Shown in pieces: positions 11,330 to 24,267 of a stretch of 64,000 nt of DNA (positions are counted from its first letter, which is position 1; every line of letters starts with the position of its first letter). Location of the stretch: contig NC_134469.1 in NCBI RefSeq assembly GCF_964194025.1, forward strand, positions 1,922,001 through 1,986,000, given 5' to 3'. The translations under genes and the position numbers were made by a program. Under the pieces are notes generated by a model, which did not search any database, was not told the origin of the DNA, and worked only from the letters and a program-made list of their open reading frames with translations. This stretch comes from Convolutriloba macropyga. Its lineage: Eukaryota.

Positions 11330-13510
11330 ACAAACGAACAAAAAAATATAAAAAGGGCACAGTAAAAAAAATACAATAATAATTTTGGAAACAATTATTT
11401 TAGAAGACATCAACAACCTTTTTAACCACTTAAATTGTTAACTAATTCTTGCTAACATCCAGAAAAACTGTTTGAAATTATTAATTATCCAGAATATACC
11501 ATGAGTTTACAAAAAAAGAACAATAACTAAAGAAAAAACCTACTAACATTTTGTTAGAAAACATTGCCGAAGTCATTAAAATCTTAATATATTCACTAAT
11601 GTCTCTTAAGATAATCAATTGCAGTTTACAGCAACACAGAAGATTTTAAAGATGACATTGTTCTAATGAAACTGGTTAATAAATGCACAAGAAAGAACGA
11701 AAAAAGCAAAAAATAGTCCGTTTCAAAACAATTAATTTCGGTCATGAAAAAAATTAGCTCAGCTGAAACCATTGAGAAGTTTTGAATAAATCTCCAACAA
11801 TTTGTTCCCATTTAGAACTTTTATTATTCATAGTTTGTCATAAGGCTATAAAAGCACGACAAATAGAGAAAAATTCATTATTGCGAGAAAACGGTATCGA
11901 AGCCGTTGAAAAGCCTTATCTATTCACTAGTTACATTAAAACCGTTTAATTCAGCGTCCTTTCAAACCCATTTTTCTGATATATGACCCTTCATCAATCC
12001 AACCAGATAAAGAGTAGACAAAATAAAGCAAAATTTTCAAAGTAGTTAGAAAAAACAAAAAAAAATTCGAAAGCAATTTTGTTCGACGTTATCAAAACCA
12101 ATAGTTTTCCAGTCAATTCAACAAAGATGTCCATTTCTGCCTTCAGCGGAAGTGACTGAAACTCATCATTACCAGAATATGCCATACGACTAAATAAAAA
12201 TTATAAAAGGAAAAAATCAATTGCAATTTGCGAGAAAAGAGTGTTGAAGCCCTTTAAATCTTTCTCTTTTCAATCAAAACTTTCCAAAGTGATCTACAGA
12301 AGTAGCTTGAAATCATTGAAGTGACATTTGAACTGCCGTTAAAGACTACGTAAAAGAGGAAAAAAGATATTTTATTTTTGTGCTCGTGAATCGTTTGAAA
12401 TCAGTTTACCTCAAAGCCAAGAAAACCAAGCTGTCAACTGAGATAGTTCAATAGTTTAAACTATGCCTCCATAGAAAGCCATCAAGAGTTCTCATTTACC
12501 AAATGAAAAGGAAATAAAGAAAAAAACTCAAAAATCAAATAAGTTTTGTGAGAAAAAAAACGTCAAAGCCATCAAAAACCAAAATCTTAAAATTTTGGAT
12601 TATTGCAATTTTGCTTGCTTTCAACTTCAATAATGATATAAGACTTCTCACTAATGTGATAATGCGACAAGACACAAAAAAGAACTTTGAAAATAATCAA
12701 ATGTCCAGAAATCAACGAAATTGTTCTTAAAACTCGTAGCATCAACTCAAAAAACTATGCAAAACTTTAAACTGCAATTATGGTTAAAACTTATTTCAAC
12801 AGCAACAAACTCCTTGTCTTTGTTGAGAACAAGTTACATTTTGATTGATAAAATTAAGATTTGAAGATGGAAAAGCTAAAAAGTCTATTTTTTGGAAAAC
12901 CAGCCAAATTTTGTTTTCAGAACTCTCACAGGACGCGTGCGTAAAAAACTTTTTATCCAGAGTTTCCATAAATTTACATATTGTGACTGAATTTTGTCTG
13001 CTTGTATGACTAATTTTTATAAAGTGGCTAAAGATGCATATTTGGGGACACTTCTGATGAAAAAACGATGAGTAAAAAGAAAAAAAAACGCCAAAGTTTT
13101 AGCCAAAAACTGGGACCAGACAATTCAGCAATACTTCTACATCTTAAAAACTAAAATCAATTGATTAAATAAATTTTACATTGTTCTAGTAAAATTGACC
13201 AACAGTTTTCACAAAAACAAGGAAAATGAGAGGAAAAACAGTCAATCATTCAAGAAAATCAGTCAAATCAGTCAAACAAGGAAAATGAGAGGAAAAACAG
13301 TCAATCATTCAAGAAAATCAGTCAAATCTTCACAAAACTTAAATAACTCCAAGTAAACAAAAAACAAAATTCAAAAAAATTTTGTTAAATTCTACACGCT
13401 GGAGGGGCTTCTAATGTTATCATTCACAACCCACTATGATGAATTTATCAAACGGCCAAAATTGAGTGACAGAAAAAACTGATTTGAGTATATAGTGAAT
13501 CCCCCCCACT
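11330..13510. repeat. Old dispersed AT-rich repeat, copy 1 (related to 51350-53770)
   Basis: Shared blocks, e.g. TTCTACACGCTGGAGGGGCTTCTAATG...GAGTATATAGTGAATCCCCCCC (13390-13508) versus TTCTACGCTGGACGAGCTTTCTAATG...GAGTATATAGTTCCTCCCCCC (53650-53766). Left boundary approximate. Confidence 0.6.
13215..13328. repeat. Perfect ~55-bp direct tandem duplication (period 59)
   Basis: AAACAAGGAAAATGAGAGGAAAAACAGTCAATCATTCAAGAAAATCAGTCAAATC occurs twice. Confidence 0.9.
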
Positions 13511-14479
13511 ACATTGTGTCTAAACAATATTTGTGCTTTGAGCATTTTTTTCGTGGACAGTTTCGGTTAGAGTTCAAAAGGACATAATTTATTTAATTTG
13601 GAGATTTTAGTTTGCAACTTATCAGTGCTTCATAACCAAAATCAGTGCTTCATAGTTGAAGGAAAACAATAAGCGTAAAATTTTAAATCAAGATGAATCT
13701 GGCTACCAAATTACCAATTAATAAAATATTGCACTTTATTCAAAATATTCAAACATTTTTGCATTTTTTTATAGAATGTCCTTAACTGTTGACGACAAGC
13801 TGTACAAAATCAACAAGATTTTTTCATTCAAATTATTTCCATTTTTCTGAAATACTCGAAGAACTGATTTTTGTTACTGGCTAGAATTTTTTAATAAGTA
13901 CAAACATTCCTTTGTGCAGAAGATAGAACAAAAACGAGAAAAAATTGTATCCGATTGTCGTTTTTTCAGCAACAAACGTTTGAAGGCATCGGATTTTTCT
14001 GCTGGGAGGAGCAAATTTTACACGTAGGAAATCTTTTAATAAACTTTTTTTGAAACTTTAGAACGCTTGGGTACGTTCCGATTGAAAAACTGAATAATTC
14101 GTTTATTTAGTTGGTTTGAAGGCTTTCCAGCTTTTGAAAGATTATGATAGCAATTATAATCTCTTAAACTTGTATCATAATTCCCTGGGAAGTTGCAATT
14201 TTACTGAAATTCGTTTCCTATTATCATGAAAATCTTAATGGAGAAATACGAAATTTTTGATCTAATTTCATTTTAAAACTGTAGCTGCCATTCTCTACAT
14301 TGATAGAGAACAAAGCTTTTGAAAACAGTTTCTTGGGTATTTTTTTGAAAAAGGTACATAACAATAAACCTCCTTCTTTAAAAGCGTACATGACGACAAT
14401 TTCCAATTTCCAATTTCCGATTTCCAATTATCACAGGTTGGCATAAAATAGTTAAATTATTCAAAAACAGTCTACTCTG

Positions 14480-15193
14480 TGAAGCATGTTGCAAAAGTTT
14501 TGCACCCTACTCTTGTCCAGGTCTATATCTCGACTTATGAGAAGGACTTAGTTTAAGATCAAGCAAAATTTTGTTCATTCATCATGAATGTGGTTTTTCA
14601 TATGATTTATACTGGTTTAGCTTGATCTGTTCATACCAAATATTCGTCTTGTATGGTATTTTCATCAGGCCGAGGTCTAAATCGAGGCGAGTGAAATCAT
14701 TTAAATTTCAGCATTCGGCTCAATTCGGAAACAAACCGAGGGCAAAATGTCACTTTTGAACAAATCGTGCAGGTCTCTCAACTCAGCTTGCGTAGTTCCA
14801 ATCGGACGTTAGGAAATGATCTGAAGGAACTTCAGTCGGGATAATCATATCAACTACAAATTCATTCATACGTTGATTGTGGTCTGTTATCCATACGGAT
14901 TTCATAATTGAGTCTGACAAACGGGCCCAAAATTTGCCATAATATTCCTTGTTATTGCACAGTAACTTCACAGTGTCATGCTTGCCGTCAAACTGGTCAA
15001 AAAGTTTGGCTGAAATGTTGGAACAATGGATTCAGACTTCAGAATACTTCAGTTTTTGTGGACCCATTTCAGCGTTCGCTGCCCTGTCCCGACACATCCT
15101 CGGACTCGGCCGAAAGATCTGATCAAACATAAGAGGTGCTCTTTCAGAACCAAAGAAATTGAGGGTTCTCCGAAATGGCAATCCATGGACAAG
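14480..15193 (-). pseudogene. Decayed coding-like segment of unknown family
   Basis: Higher GC than flanks. ORFs 15032..15256 and 14783..14971 share a frame and are separated by one stop. An acceptor-like TTTTTTCAG lies at 15194-15202(-). Confidence 0.3.
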
Positions 15194-15401
15194 CTGAAAA
15201 AAGACTAACTGACATGCAAATGGCTCTTTGTCATCGTCATTATTATCAGCGAACAACAGCTGGTTTCGAAAGAAGCTTACTTGCAGATTATGGCTCGTGA
15301 ATCTGAAAAGGCGAAGAAATTATGCAAAGAATTTGATCCAAATTTACTTCAAATTGTAATTTTGCTATATACTTTTTCAATAAAAAGCATCTATGTAATT
15401 A

Positions 15402-15515
15402 GCAGTGCATTAGAATGCGGCTCAAACACCCAAAACTTCATTGCGACGTTGAAAGAGCCCGGAAAATGCATTTATGGCTTTACTTCACCTTCAAAATTTT
15501 TCGGCTCGCTTAAAT
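15402..15515 (+). pseudogene. Possible MRH (PRKCSH/OS-9/GNPTG-like) domain C-terminal fragment
   Basis: LECGSNTQNFIATLKEPGKCIYGFTSP resembles L.CG..N.+..V.EP..C.Y.+...TP. No rest of the gene was seen. Confidence 0.3.
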
Positions 15516-15548
15516 ATTGCTTTGTTCCAGACATCAATATAACCGAAA

Positions 15549-17280
15549 ATTAGTATACTAATATACACGTATTGTCACGGGAGGGCACGACTCGTGCATA
15601 AAGTTCACACGAAGGGCACGAAGTCCCCACCCGTGACGATTCGTGCATATCGTTTTGTCACAGGAGAGGACGTCCCACCCCGTTACGAATCGTGCGGTGC
15701 GTTTCGGCGGTAAGGAAAAAACTTACAAAATCTTTCAAAAATTTTGTGACTTTTTAAAAATTCTGAATACTTTTTCTGGTCTAATAAGACTAATGAGGGA
15801 CTGACAATCAAAAGTGATTAATCTGATGGAATACTAAGGTAAAGGTTGAAACGATAGTTTAAATTTGATAAGCTTTCCTTCCAATGTAACAAATCTAATA
15901 GTTTTGCGAGTCTAAGAGCGCAAAATTGGTATTATTATAATGGGTTTTATTGCCCATATGTTCGGATTAACAAGTAGGTCCCAAGTATTCAAATTGAACG
16001 AAGGACGAATTTCAAACTTGGAGAGAAGTTTCAAGTAATGCTTCCAACTGAATAAAGCGCATGAGAATGAATGGAGGACAAAAAATCGTGAAAAGTGACT
16101 GAAAAAATGAAAAACTTGGGGTTTAAAATTTGTCTGAAAATTGGTTAAGAAAGCGTTAACTTAAGCGTTAAAAACTGTTTGAATAGAGTGCTTGAGTTGT
16201 TTTTGTTGTGTCAATTTGCGCAAAAACAGACCAAATGTGGGAAAAAATTGCAAAACTTTGTGGTTTTTGATGATAAAAATTTAAAAAGAATGTTCCAACG
16301 CCAATAAGAAGTTTAATAGATTTAAAAACATCTAATGATATGGTAGGTAGGTAGGTTAAATAATGTTGAGGAATCGGATGTATATTAAATGTTTTTACTA
16401 ATTTTGCCTTCTTTTTTCGATTTAAAAAGGGCTAAAAGATGCAAAATTGATTATCTTCGAGGAAATAAAGTGGAATAAAACAATTTTTGCCAGTTAAAAT
16501 GGAGTCGACTAGTAATTTTTTTTGTTTTTAGTTGAAATTTTGTTCAAACAAATAACAATGAGTAATTGGGTGTTATTTTCATGTTACTTTTTGTTAATTT
16601 TTGGTCAAATCTTTGCGTATTTTGATAAAAAGTGAAAAATTGTTGTTTCTCGGAGTAAGAATATGAATTAAAGTAATTTTTAGTAGTTGAAACACAGTTT
16701 TTAAGAAAGTATGTCATTTAACAGCTTGATGAAGCAAATAAAAGTGACTAACTGGGTGTTGAATGTACGTTATCTTTTGTTAATTTCTGTTTTAGTTAAA
16801 AAGTCAAAACTTTGGGGACCAAAAGTTTTAAAAAATAGTCTACTGAAATTGAAGCTTTCAAATCGAAAAATTTTTTGTGTAAAATTTCGTAATGATTTTT
16901 TGTGTTGAAATTGTGAATGAAAGGTATCAAGGAATAGGAACAAAAAAGCAAGTTTTTAGCAATTTTGCAGGCCGTTAACACAATTATTTTGCTGTAAACA
17001 TTTCTTTGAAATGTTCATGTATGACGTCATTATATGGTTTAAAAAACCTCGGGTGGGGCCCCATAAATGTTGGTTAGGTTCGAGTTTGTGTTCCAGTTTT
17101 AGCATATCTGTGCAATCGAAAACATAAAACTGAGTTTTAGAAGTCCTCATAACTAATTTTATTGGTATTGCATTTTCTTTTCAATTCAAATCGAAGTTAG
17201 TGGCATTTTGTAAATTTTGCATACGGCTTATTGATACAACTTAAAGAGTGTTTTGCCCAATGGAAATTTGTGACTGAAAC
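15549..17280 (+). repeat. Left TIR of Polinton B (~1.7 kb)
   Basis: Collinear inverted matches to 38820-40099 and 34370-35610, e.g. TGTATGACGTCATTATATGG vs CCATATAGTGACGTCATACA and TTGTTCAAACAAATAA vs TTATTTGTTTGAACAA. Confidence 0.85.
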
Positions 17281-17470
17281 TTTTTTCCTTTTAAGATAAT
17301 AGAGACTTCTAACACGAAAAAATTGAAGTTCTTTTTTCCTAGAGTTAAGTACTAGAAATAAACTAAGTTGTTTGGAAATTAAATTATGAAGTGGACTAAA
17401 CTTTAAAGTCAACCTTACAGAAGAAAATCTCACACACAACAAACTCAATCAACAAAGGAAGAGGTTTGAG

Positions 17471-18045
17471 TTAGTTTTCCTTCTTGAGATCGGTTTTTCG
17501 TTTTTTCGGTGCAAAGCACGTGCTTACGGTTGGAGTCGCACGGCTCTCGCTACACGAAAAATCAACTGATTTGTTGTTAGGTGTACATGCGATTTTGTCA
17601 GTGCCCAAGGCAAGTGTTGGTGTTTCGCTAAACGTTTCTGGGCTATCAATATCTGATTTCATTTTCAAAATGCTTTTGAACACTTCAAGGTCTCTCCAGT
17701 GGCGTTCATGATTTTCGTACAGTGGGACTTCTTTTACATCATAATTGTAAAAAATTGTTGTAATTGGTTGTCTAATGTGTCCGGGTCAAATTCAAACTCT
17801 CTGGCATAAGACGTCACAAAATCCAGCAAGTATTGTGCCTGATTCATGAGGCCTTTCTCAAATCAAAAGAAATGAATGAATTCAAAAACCACAAAAGACG
17901 CAGCAATGTGATTTAGTGTGACCCGCTCATCTATCTGATACTCTTGCTGTACAATAACAACATTCTGTTTTTTGTACGTGTCATAGGCAATAGTTCTGCT
18001 GTCAGGGGTTGATTCAGCCTTTCGAATGATTGCTAGAGGAGACAT
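17471..18045 (-). pseudogene. Orphan Polinton protein, homolog of 1575-2294
   Basis: ESTPDSRTIAYDTYKKQNVVIVQQ vs ESEGSWERKIAYQTFYENFIVLIQQ; YNYDVKEVPLYENH vs YKYYCDTVPFFENQ; both end with APKKRK. One stop (17863) and one frameshift (~17750). Confidence 0.65.
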
Positions 18046-20549
18046 TAGAAGTAATTTGTTTGGCTGTAGCAGAATTTTGGTAAAACAATATAAAAAAGAA
18101 TCTGTAGCTAAACTCGTGTAACAGTTTTGGTAACCACTACATGGAGTGGCTCAAAAAAATTGCAGCCAAAATTAGGAAAATGAGAAATCAGTTATAGATT
18201 TTTTAAGTCGTGTTTATTCAATTCGATCCGTTTGTGTTGTAAAAAGGTCACCTAAATAACTGCTACAAAAAGTTTTATTACCCCCCTTTCCTTGTATTCT
18301 GAGTGATCTCAGAATAGTAATCTTTTCCAATTTTTTTGCTAGCTGCGTTGCGTGAGCACACGCAGTTTTATTACTTTCTTATCTAGAGTAATTAATCAAT
18401 AAAGTATGATTTATAAATACCTAACAGCATTAATATGAAGAACTCTATGTAGGTCAAATTTTGTTTGAAGCTTTATGCCTTGTTTAAATCTTAGTTTGAA
18501 CGTGTGTTCTCGCAATTAGTTCCATTTTCATGTCGGACCGATTTACATCAACAGTAATCTCACACAAAGTTTTATTACACTGGTGTTTATTAAGCTTTTG
18601 AACAAAATGTGAATTCAGTTCACATATGTCTGCTGTTCCGTCTGCATTCTACTAGAAAGCATTTAAAACTCTCCTATCATCAATAAGAAACAATCTAACG
18701 CATTTTTCGCTTTCTGTGTAGACGTATTTGAGTTTTGGTTGTGTGTATATGTGCAGATACTAGAGGGCTGGATAAGACTAGACTAGCCCTTGCTGGGAGC
18801 TTTTGTTTATGGCTTTTCTTATTATGAAAGGGTTTTAAAGGGTTTTAATCATGTATGAACAAAATTAAGTACATGCTTCTTAAATCAACTTTCATTTTTT
18901 CTGTTGCTAATGAACTGGTTAAACCGACAAAATTAAAAATAACCACCTTTCTGATATTTCCAATGATTTTATTATGCAGCCAAACTAGTGAAAGGAAGGT
19001 ATCTGTCTCAGAAAACCGATTGTATGCAGAAACAATTTGCACAAAGTCCACACAATTAATTTGTCCGTTTCGCCAAAATACCCAAACAACATTGTAAGGT
19101 TAATTTATTTTCTGGCTAAGTGTAAATATTTTAGTGAAGTTGAACGGTTTGATTTTGAAATAAAGCTAAAAGTAAGGCCTATAGTGGTATTATTGGTATA
19201 GATAATTTTTCAGTAGATAAAAACTAAACGTTCTACGTTTGCACGCTTTTTTGTATGAGGAAGTTGGATTCATATAAGAAATATATAACCAGGAAGTTAT
19301 TTGTTTATGCCTCCGTGGAAAAAGTAGCAACTGTTTTAGTGGGCATTTGTTGGCAATAACATTTTGCCTATATTTAAAAATTTTTCATCCATCTATTTGT
19401 CACCTATTAGAACGCTGAGCATTCAAACAGTTGTGTGAGACGGTGAAGGATTTCGTCACAGAAAAAAAATTATTGTAAAAAAGTTTGGTCCTTGTACTGA
19501 GGAAAACTTCTACTGTGTCATTTTTACAACCAACAAATTATAGCGAGTTAACAGCTCACCAAATGCAATATTTCTGTTGGTTGAGTAGACAGTTGCACGG
19601 TATTGATTAGGACAGAGGAATTTTTCCGTATATTTATCTGAAACAAATAATTCAAAGAGTTGGCTTGCGGAATCCGGGCACAGTATTCTACGCTAAGGGA
19701 GAGTTGATCTTTAATTTTTAGTCAGAGTTGCTTGAATGCTCTATCATTTATCTGAATTCACTTGAGTGTCCTTCGATATCTGTGAACTATTTTACACAAA
19801 AAATTGTCAGAATCAGTCAAAGGCTAATAACAATTTCAACAAACATTGTGCAAAAAAGCATTTTTACTATTTCAACTGGTTAACCAATGAGAGAGGATCT
19901 GACAAAAGTGGAGGCACCCATGTCCCCGAGTCCAGCATTTCGTACCTTGATTACGCATGAAGGCAATCTGAGTCTTTCAATATCCAAAGACGAAACCAAA
20001 TAATCAGGAAACCAGTTTTTACAGACAAAAATTGAAGTGTTGCTGAGTAAAGACGAAATTTGCTCATTCACTCATTTAAGATAAAATATTTCAGTGGAGA
20101 AAGCAGAATGCCAAAACGGCATTCCAGAGTCTGTCCTCCGAAACCCTTACTGATGTTGAACCACCCGATTGGTAAAGAAATAGGCAAAAACGATCCTTCA
20201 CTACCAAAAGGGATTTAATACTTGGTGAAGCAAGAAAGAGTGCACAAAATTGCTCATTGTGTTAAAACTGAGAGACTGTCTGAGTGCTTTATGGTTAATA
20301 TGAAAAACCTCCCAACTGGGTTCGATTGCTATGAGTTGTTTTATGTAATCTGATATCCAATTTATACTTTTTAACAAAATTTTATTTTGTTTTGAGGTGG
20401 AGGGAGTAACAGTTTATCAAGTTGACGCTGTTGTAGAAGATAATTGTTTTGAAAAAAGTGTAGGCAAATCTTCTTGGAAATTTTGTAACCAAACAGAATT
20501 TCCACGGTCAGAGGTTGTATTTTTGTGCAAATGTTTGTTAATTACTGCT

Positions 20550-20710
20550 GGATCTTTTCCGTTTGTGCCCCCCCCAGCTTAGTGGGTGCATATTATTTGC
20601 AACCCGCAGTTGCACGTGCAATATTTTTACATAATGATTTACTATGTAATGACACGTGCTCTGTAACTGGGGGAGCATAACGTACTGGGGGGCACAAACG
20701 GAAAAGATCC
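20550..20710. mobile_element. MITE, 161 bp, Merlin-like (GG termini, 8-bp TSD)
   Basis: TIRs GGATCTTTTCCGTTTGTGCCCCCC / GGGGGGCACAAACGGAAAAGATCC; perfect TSD TTACTGCT at 20542-20549 and 20711-20718. Confidence 0.9.
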
Positions 20711-20833
20711 TTACTGCTAATATCATTTTATTTTTTTAAATTAATCGTGTAAAGACCAAAATTTGGAAGAAACTTCAGTTTGGATATCCATATTGTCAAT
20801 TTTAGTCGGATAGATTTTATGAAATCTAAGACT

Positions 20834-21500
20834 ATGAACAAAATTGAATCTACGCAAGATAGGGCCTTCATGGCTGTTGTAGGGCCATCTGGTTGTGGCA
20901 AAACAGAGTCAATTTTCAAAATGTCGAGGGAAAAAACGTATTAAGCAAAATTTAATAACATTTTTCTCAATACCGGGAAATGCAATAAACATACATTAAA
21001 ATGGAGGAACAACTTGGAGTTATTTTCCAAAAGTATGCCAATTTAGAGTTATTAAAAAAACCTCGAAAACTGTCTTTTGATAAACAACGATTTGTGCGAA
21101 GAAATCTGTATTGACAAAAAATTTGTTAATTGGCCACTGCAGGGCCTCACAAGAACATTTTAGGTAACTCACAATCTTTATCAGCAAAGCAACCGGTCTC
21201 TTACAATAGATTCCAATACAACACACATTATTTTGTTCAAATCAGCCCCTGATATTCAACAAATTGAGTTTTCGGGCAAGTAGTTAAATCTTGTTAAATT
21301 TTTAAAACATTGCTACTAATAAGCAACGAACGAACCGTCTGAGCAACTGCTTTTCGATCTTGATCTAGAATTTCTGATTATTTACGATAATGTTCAAGTA
21401 TTACTCAGTCAGCCTTCCTTCCATCTGACAAAGCACAAAGAACCCCTTTAAACATTGAAAGAGAATAAATTATAAATACTGAAGCAAATGGTGCATTTCA
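20834..21500 (+). pseudogene. Polinton packaging ATPase (A32-like)
   Basis: MNKIESTQDRAFMAVVGPSGCGKT (Walker A); LLINNDLCEEI (decayed Walker B); ATAGPHK; HNLYQQS...IDSNTTHIILFKS.PDIQQI. Multiple stops and frameshifts; absent from the ORF track. Confidence 0.9.
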
Positions 21501-22339
21501 AACAAAAGAGTCAAAGAAACCTTTCCGTATTTGTGACACCGATGTTAAACTGGTTTTGTGTGAATGTCTTCACATTGTGTTACTAGGTCATAATAGAATG
21601 AAAAAAAAGATACTTAGAGAAGTATAGACACAAAATGAATTCTCTCTTAAGAAAATGTCATCAATGGAGAAACCACGAGAAAAAAGAGTTTATTTTGATT
21701 CACAACAATAAGTTTACGAAAAACCAACCGCATTCCTCAAAAACTCTAAATGATACCAGAGTTCAGCATACCGCTGCTCAATTATTTTATTTGAACCATA
21801 TTTGACCAAACAAAAACTCTTACAAAGAGTACCAAGAGATTTTGCAAACAAGGGAAACAAATCGTCCTACTAAGTTGTCAAAATTAATTGCGGACAAATT
21901 TCTTCAAAAATCTAACGCGCTAGCGCCAGCAAAATTTACTAGAACGGAGAAAATAGATTAATCCGTTAAAGCCTTTCAAAAATGATCTTATAGACGAAAA
22001 CAAAAACTTCATTTTTGACGGAACTGCAACAGAAATAAATGTTCCCATTTCTCTCTATGATTTGCAGCAACCAACTGAAAAACTAAATAATCCAGATTTT
22101 TCATAATTTTAGAGGGTTTAAACATAAACGAGGACTTTGAGATCAACGGTGAGGCTATAGTTTTGATCTGGAAAAGAACTCAAAGAATTGCTAAACAACA
22201 AAGAATAAGAAAACTCTTTCGCCAAAAAGGGTCAAGCCTAAGGAAACCATCCAATTACATACAGAGCAATCCCCATACGCCAGAAATGGTTTTGAAACAT
22301 GAAAGGAAGACGGAACTCAGCAAGAGGAGAAAAACTGCG

Positions 22340-23235
22340 AATGAGAAAAAATTGCGTGAATTGAAATATACGAAAGGTCCCTCAGCATACGGAAGCGTAC
22401 AAAATCTACAACAAAGCACGAACTTGAAAACAAGTCTGGTGAAGTTATTTCTAGAGAACAAAAAATGCCCACTCAAAGCGTTGGAAAGTTTGAAAAAGTT
22501 TATAAATAATTGGAATTTATTACCTGCAAAATAGAAGAAATTTGGTTGCTAGACTTGAATTTCGTGGATAACTTAGTAAAAAAGAACAAATATTGGCTCT
22601 CTCTCACGTTATCTGCCTGTCCAAAACTTAACTTCAAAGTACGCCACAACAGCAGCAGATGCCTTCAAGAAATTTTTAAAGATGGAGCAATCTAAAGAGG
22701 TGTGGGTAGATGCTGGTACAGAATATAAGGGCCCCTTCAGCACTCTTTGTCAGAAAAATGAAATTGAAGTTATAAAATTTTTAGCGAGAAAAAATTGGCA
22801 TATGCGGAAAGAAATATGCCATCACTCAAAAATTTGTTATTCAAGTATTTAGAGGACAAGTGGACATACTCGTATAGTAATCAACGGCAGAGCTCTGTGC
22901 AAAACTTTAAGTCTAGAGTCAGCAGGGTAACGACACTGGCGCCAAATAAAGTGACCTAGAAAAACGTTCTTCACTTGATAGCATTAAGTTTAACGTGTCA
23001 TCAGTACTAGTTCAAAGTTTGATGTTGGGGACTTTGTCTGAGTATCAAGAGCAGATCTTCCTTTTAGAAACTGATACCAGCAAACAATTACCAAAAAAGT
23101 TTTTGTAATAAATGATATACCTGCAACAAAAACCCCTAATTATTTTTTCATTGACTCATCTCAGGAACCAGTCCAAGGAAAGTTTAGTGAATTAGAGCTG
23201 GAGGCAACAGTAGTGAAACAACAAAACATTAATTA
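22340..23235 (+). pseudogene. Polinton retroviral-like (DDE) integrase
   Basis: YTKGPSAYGSV; IEEIWLLDL; VWVDAGTEYKG; KLAYAERN; FDVGDFV.VS; PVQGKFSELEL, in order across frameshifts. Confidence 0.9.
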
Positions 23236-23239
23236 ACTC

Positions 23240-23650
23240 AAGGTTCACTTTTTTTCATCAACTTCTCCGAATGTTTTTCCTCAAAACACCGTGTCTTCAT
23301 TAAAACATATTTCAATGAGAAAATTAATCTGGAGGGAGATTGGCGAGTCGCAATAAGTGAAAGTATCTTCCCGGCAAAAAATCAAGGAGCAAAAACAATT
23401 CAAAGATATTTCTTATGAAGACCTCCATTTTCATAAGAAAAATTTTCCATTTTACATTGTCACCAAACTATACGGAAGAGAACGAGGTATCATTGTAACT
23501 GGTTCCTATGGAATCCGTGACCATCTTTTGAGATTCCTAAAAACAGCTGTCTGATGATCTCATTTTGAATTTCAATATGTCAATAGAGTATTATTCCACT
23601 TTTTTGTTTGAAACGAAACAATTACTTTTTTTAGAAAACGAAATTTTAAG
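23240..23650 (+). pseudogene. Polinton minor capsid (penton) protein, N-terminal remnant
   Basis: S.NVFPQNTVSS.KTYFNEKINLEGDWRVAISEVS matches the FP.NT.S.F....I.L.G.W.VA+.E+ penton start and follows the integrase. Confidence 0.75.
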
Positions 23651-24044
23651 TATAGCTGAACACAATCCATCGCAATTATGAATTCGCTATATAGCCAGTC
23701 TGTATCATAACGTCCTCTTTTCGCGTACTGTTCAAAGGCAAAAGCACATCAGCATAACGCTACAAATCTAATTATATATGTTAGCAGGTCTTATTATATA
23801 GGTTAGCAATTATATATGTTAGCACGTGCATTGATTCTTCCTTGGATGAAGCGATGACTTTCGGTTTGGTGGATTGAGCAGACCAATCAATTAGATCTGG
23901 TATATTGCTTACAAATTTAGTAAGCTTGAACTCACCTATATGGAGAAGATGTATCAATTCCTTCGGCCTAATGAGGGCCCTCTCAGGGGATTCTACTGAG
24001 TTTAAGTAATCGTCCTTGTGGAAGTTCTCAAGGACAGCTTTCGC

Positions 24045-24267
24045 CAATTTAAACCAATCCGTTCAAAAAGCCGAATTTTTTGGGCTAAGCGAAATCTTTT
24101 CAGCCATTTTGGAAGCTATTCTTAGTGGAAAATCGACTCTGATATTTCTGAGAAATAATACGTTTATTGCATTTAGATCGGAAAATCTAAGCGAAAGTTT
24201 TGGAGTAATACGCACAAAATTTCTCTAACTAATGATATAATGTATTCCTTTCTTTTACTCGGTAACA
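24045..24267 (-). repeat. Truncated 3' LTR of BEL element (copy 1)
   Basis: Purine-rich GGCCAGAGGA then TGTTACCG at the integrase end; contains AATAAA; breaks into RT sequence at 24044. Confidence 0.65.

Noticed and set aside
18100-20500. Possible pPolB or protease remnants in Polinton B
   Set aside because: Some coding-like minus-strand stretches, but no recognisable motifs by eye; left unassigned.
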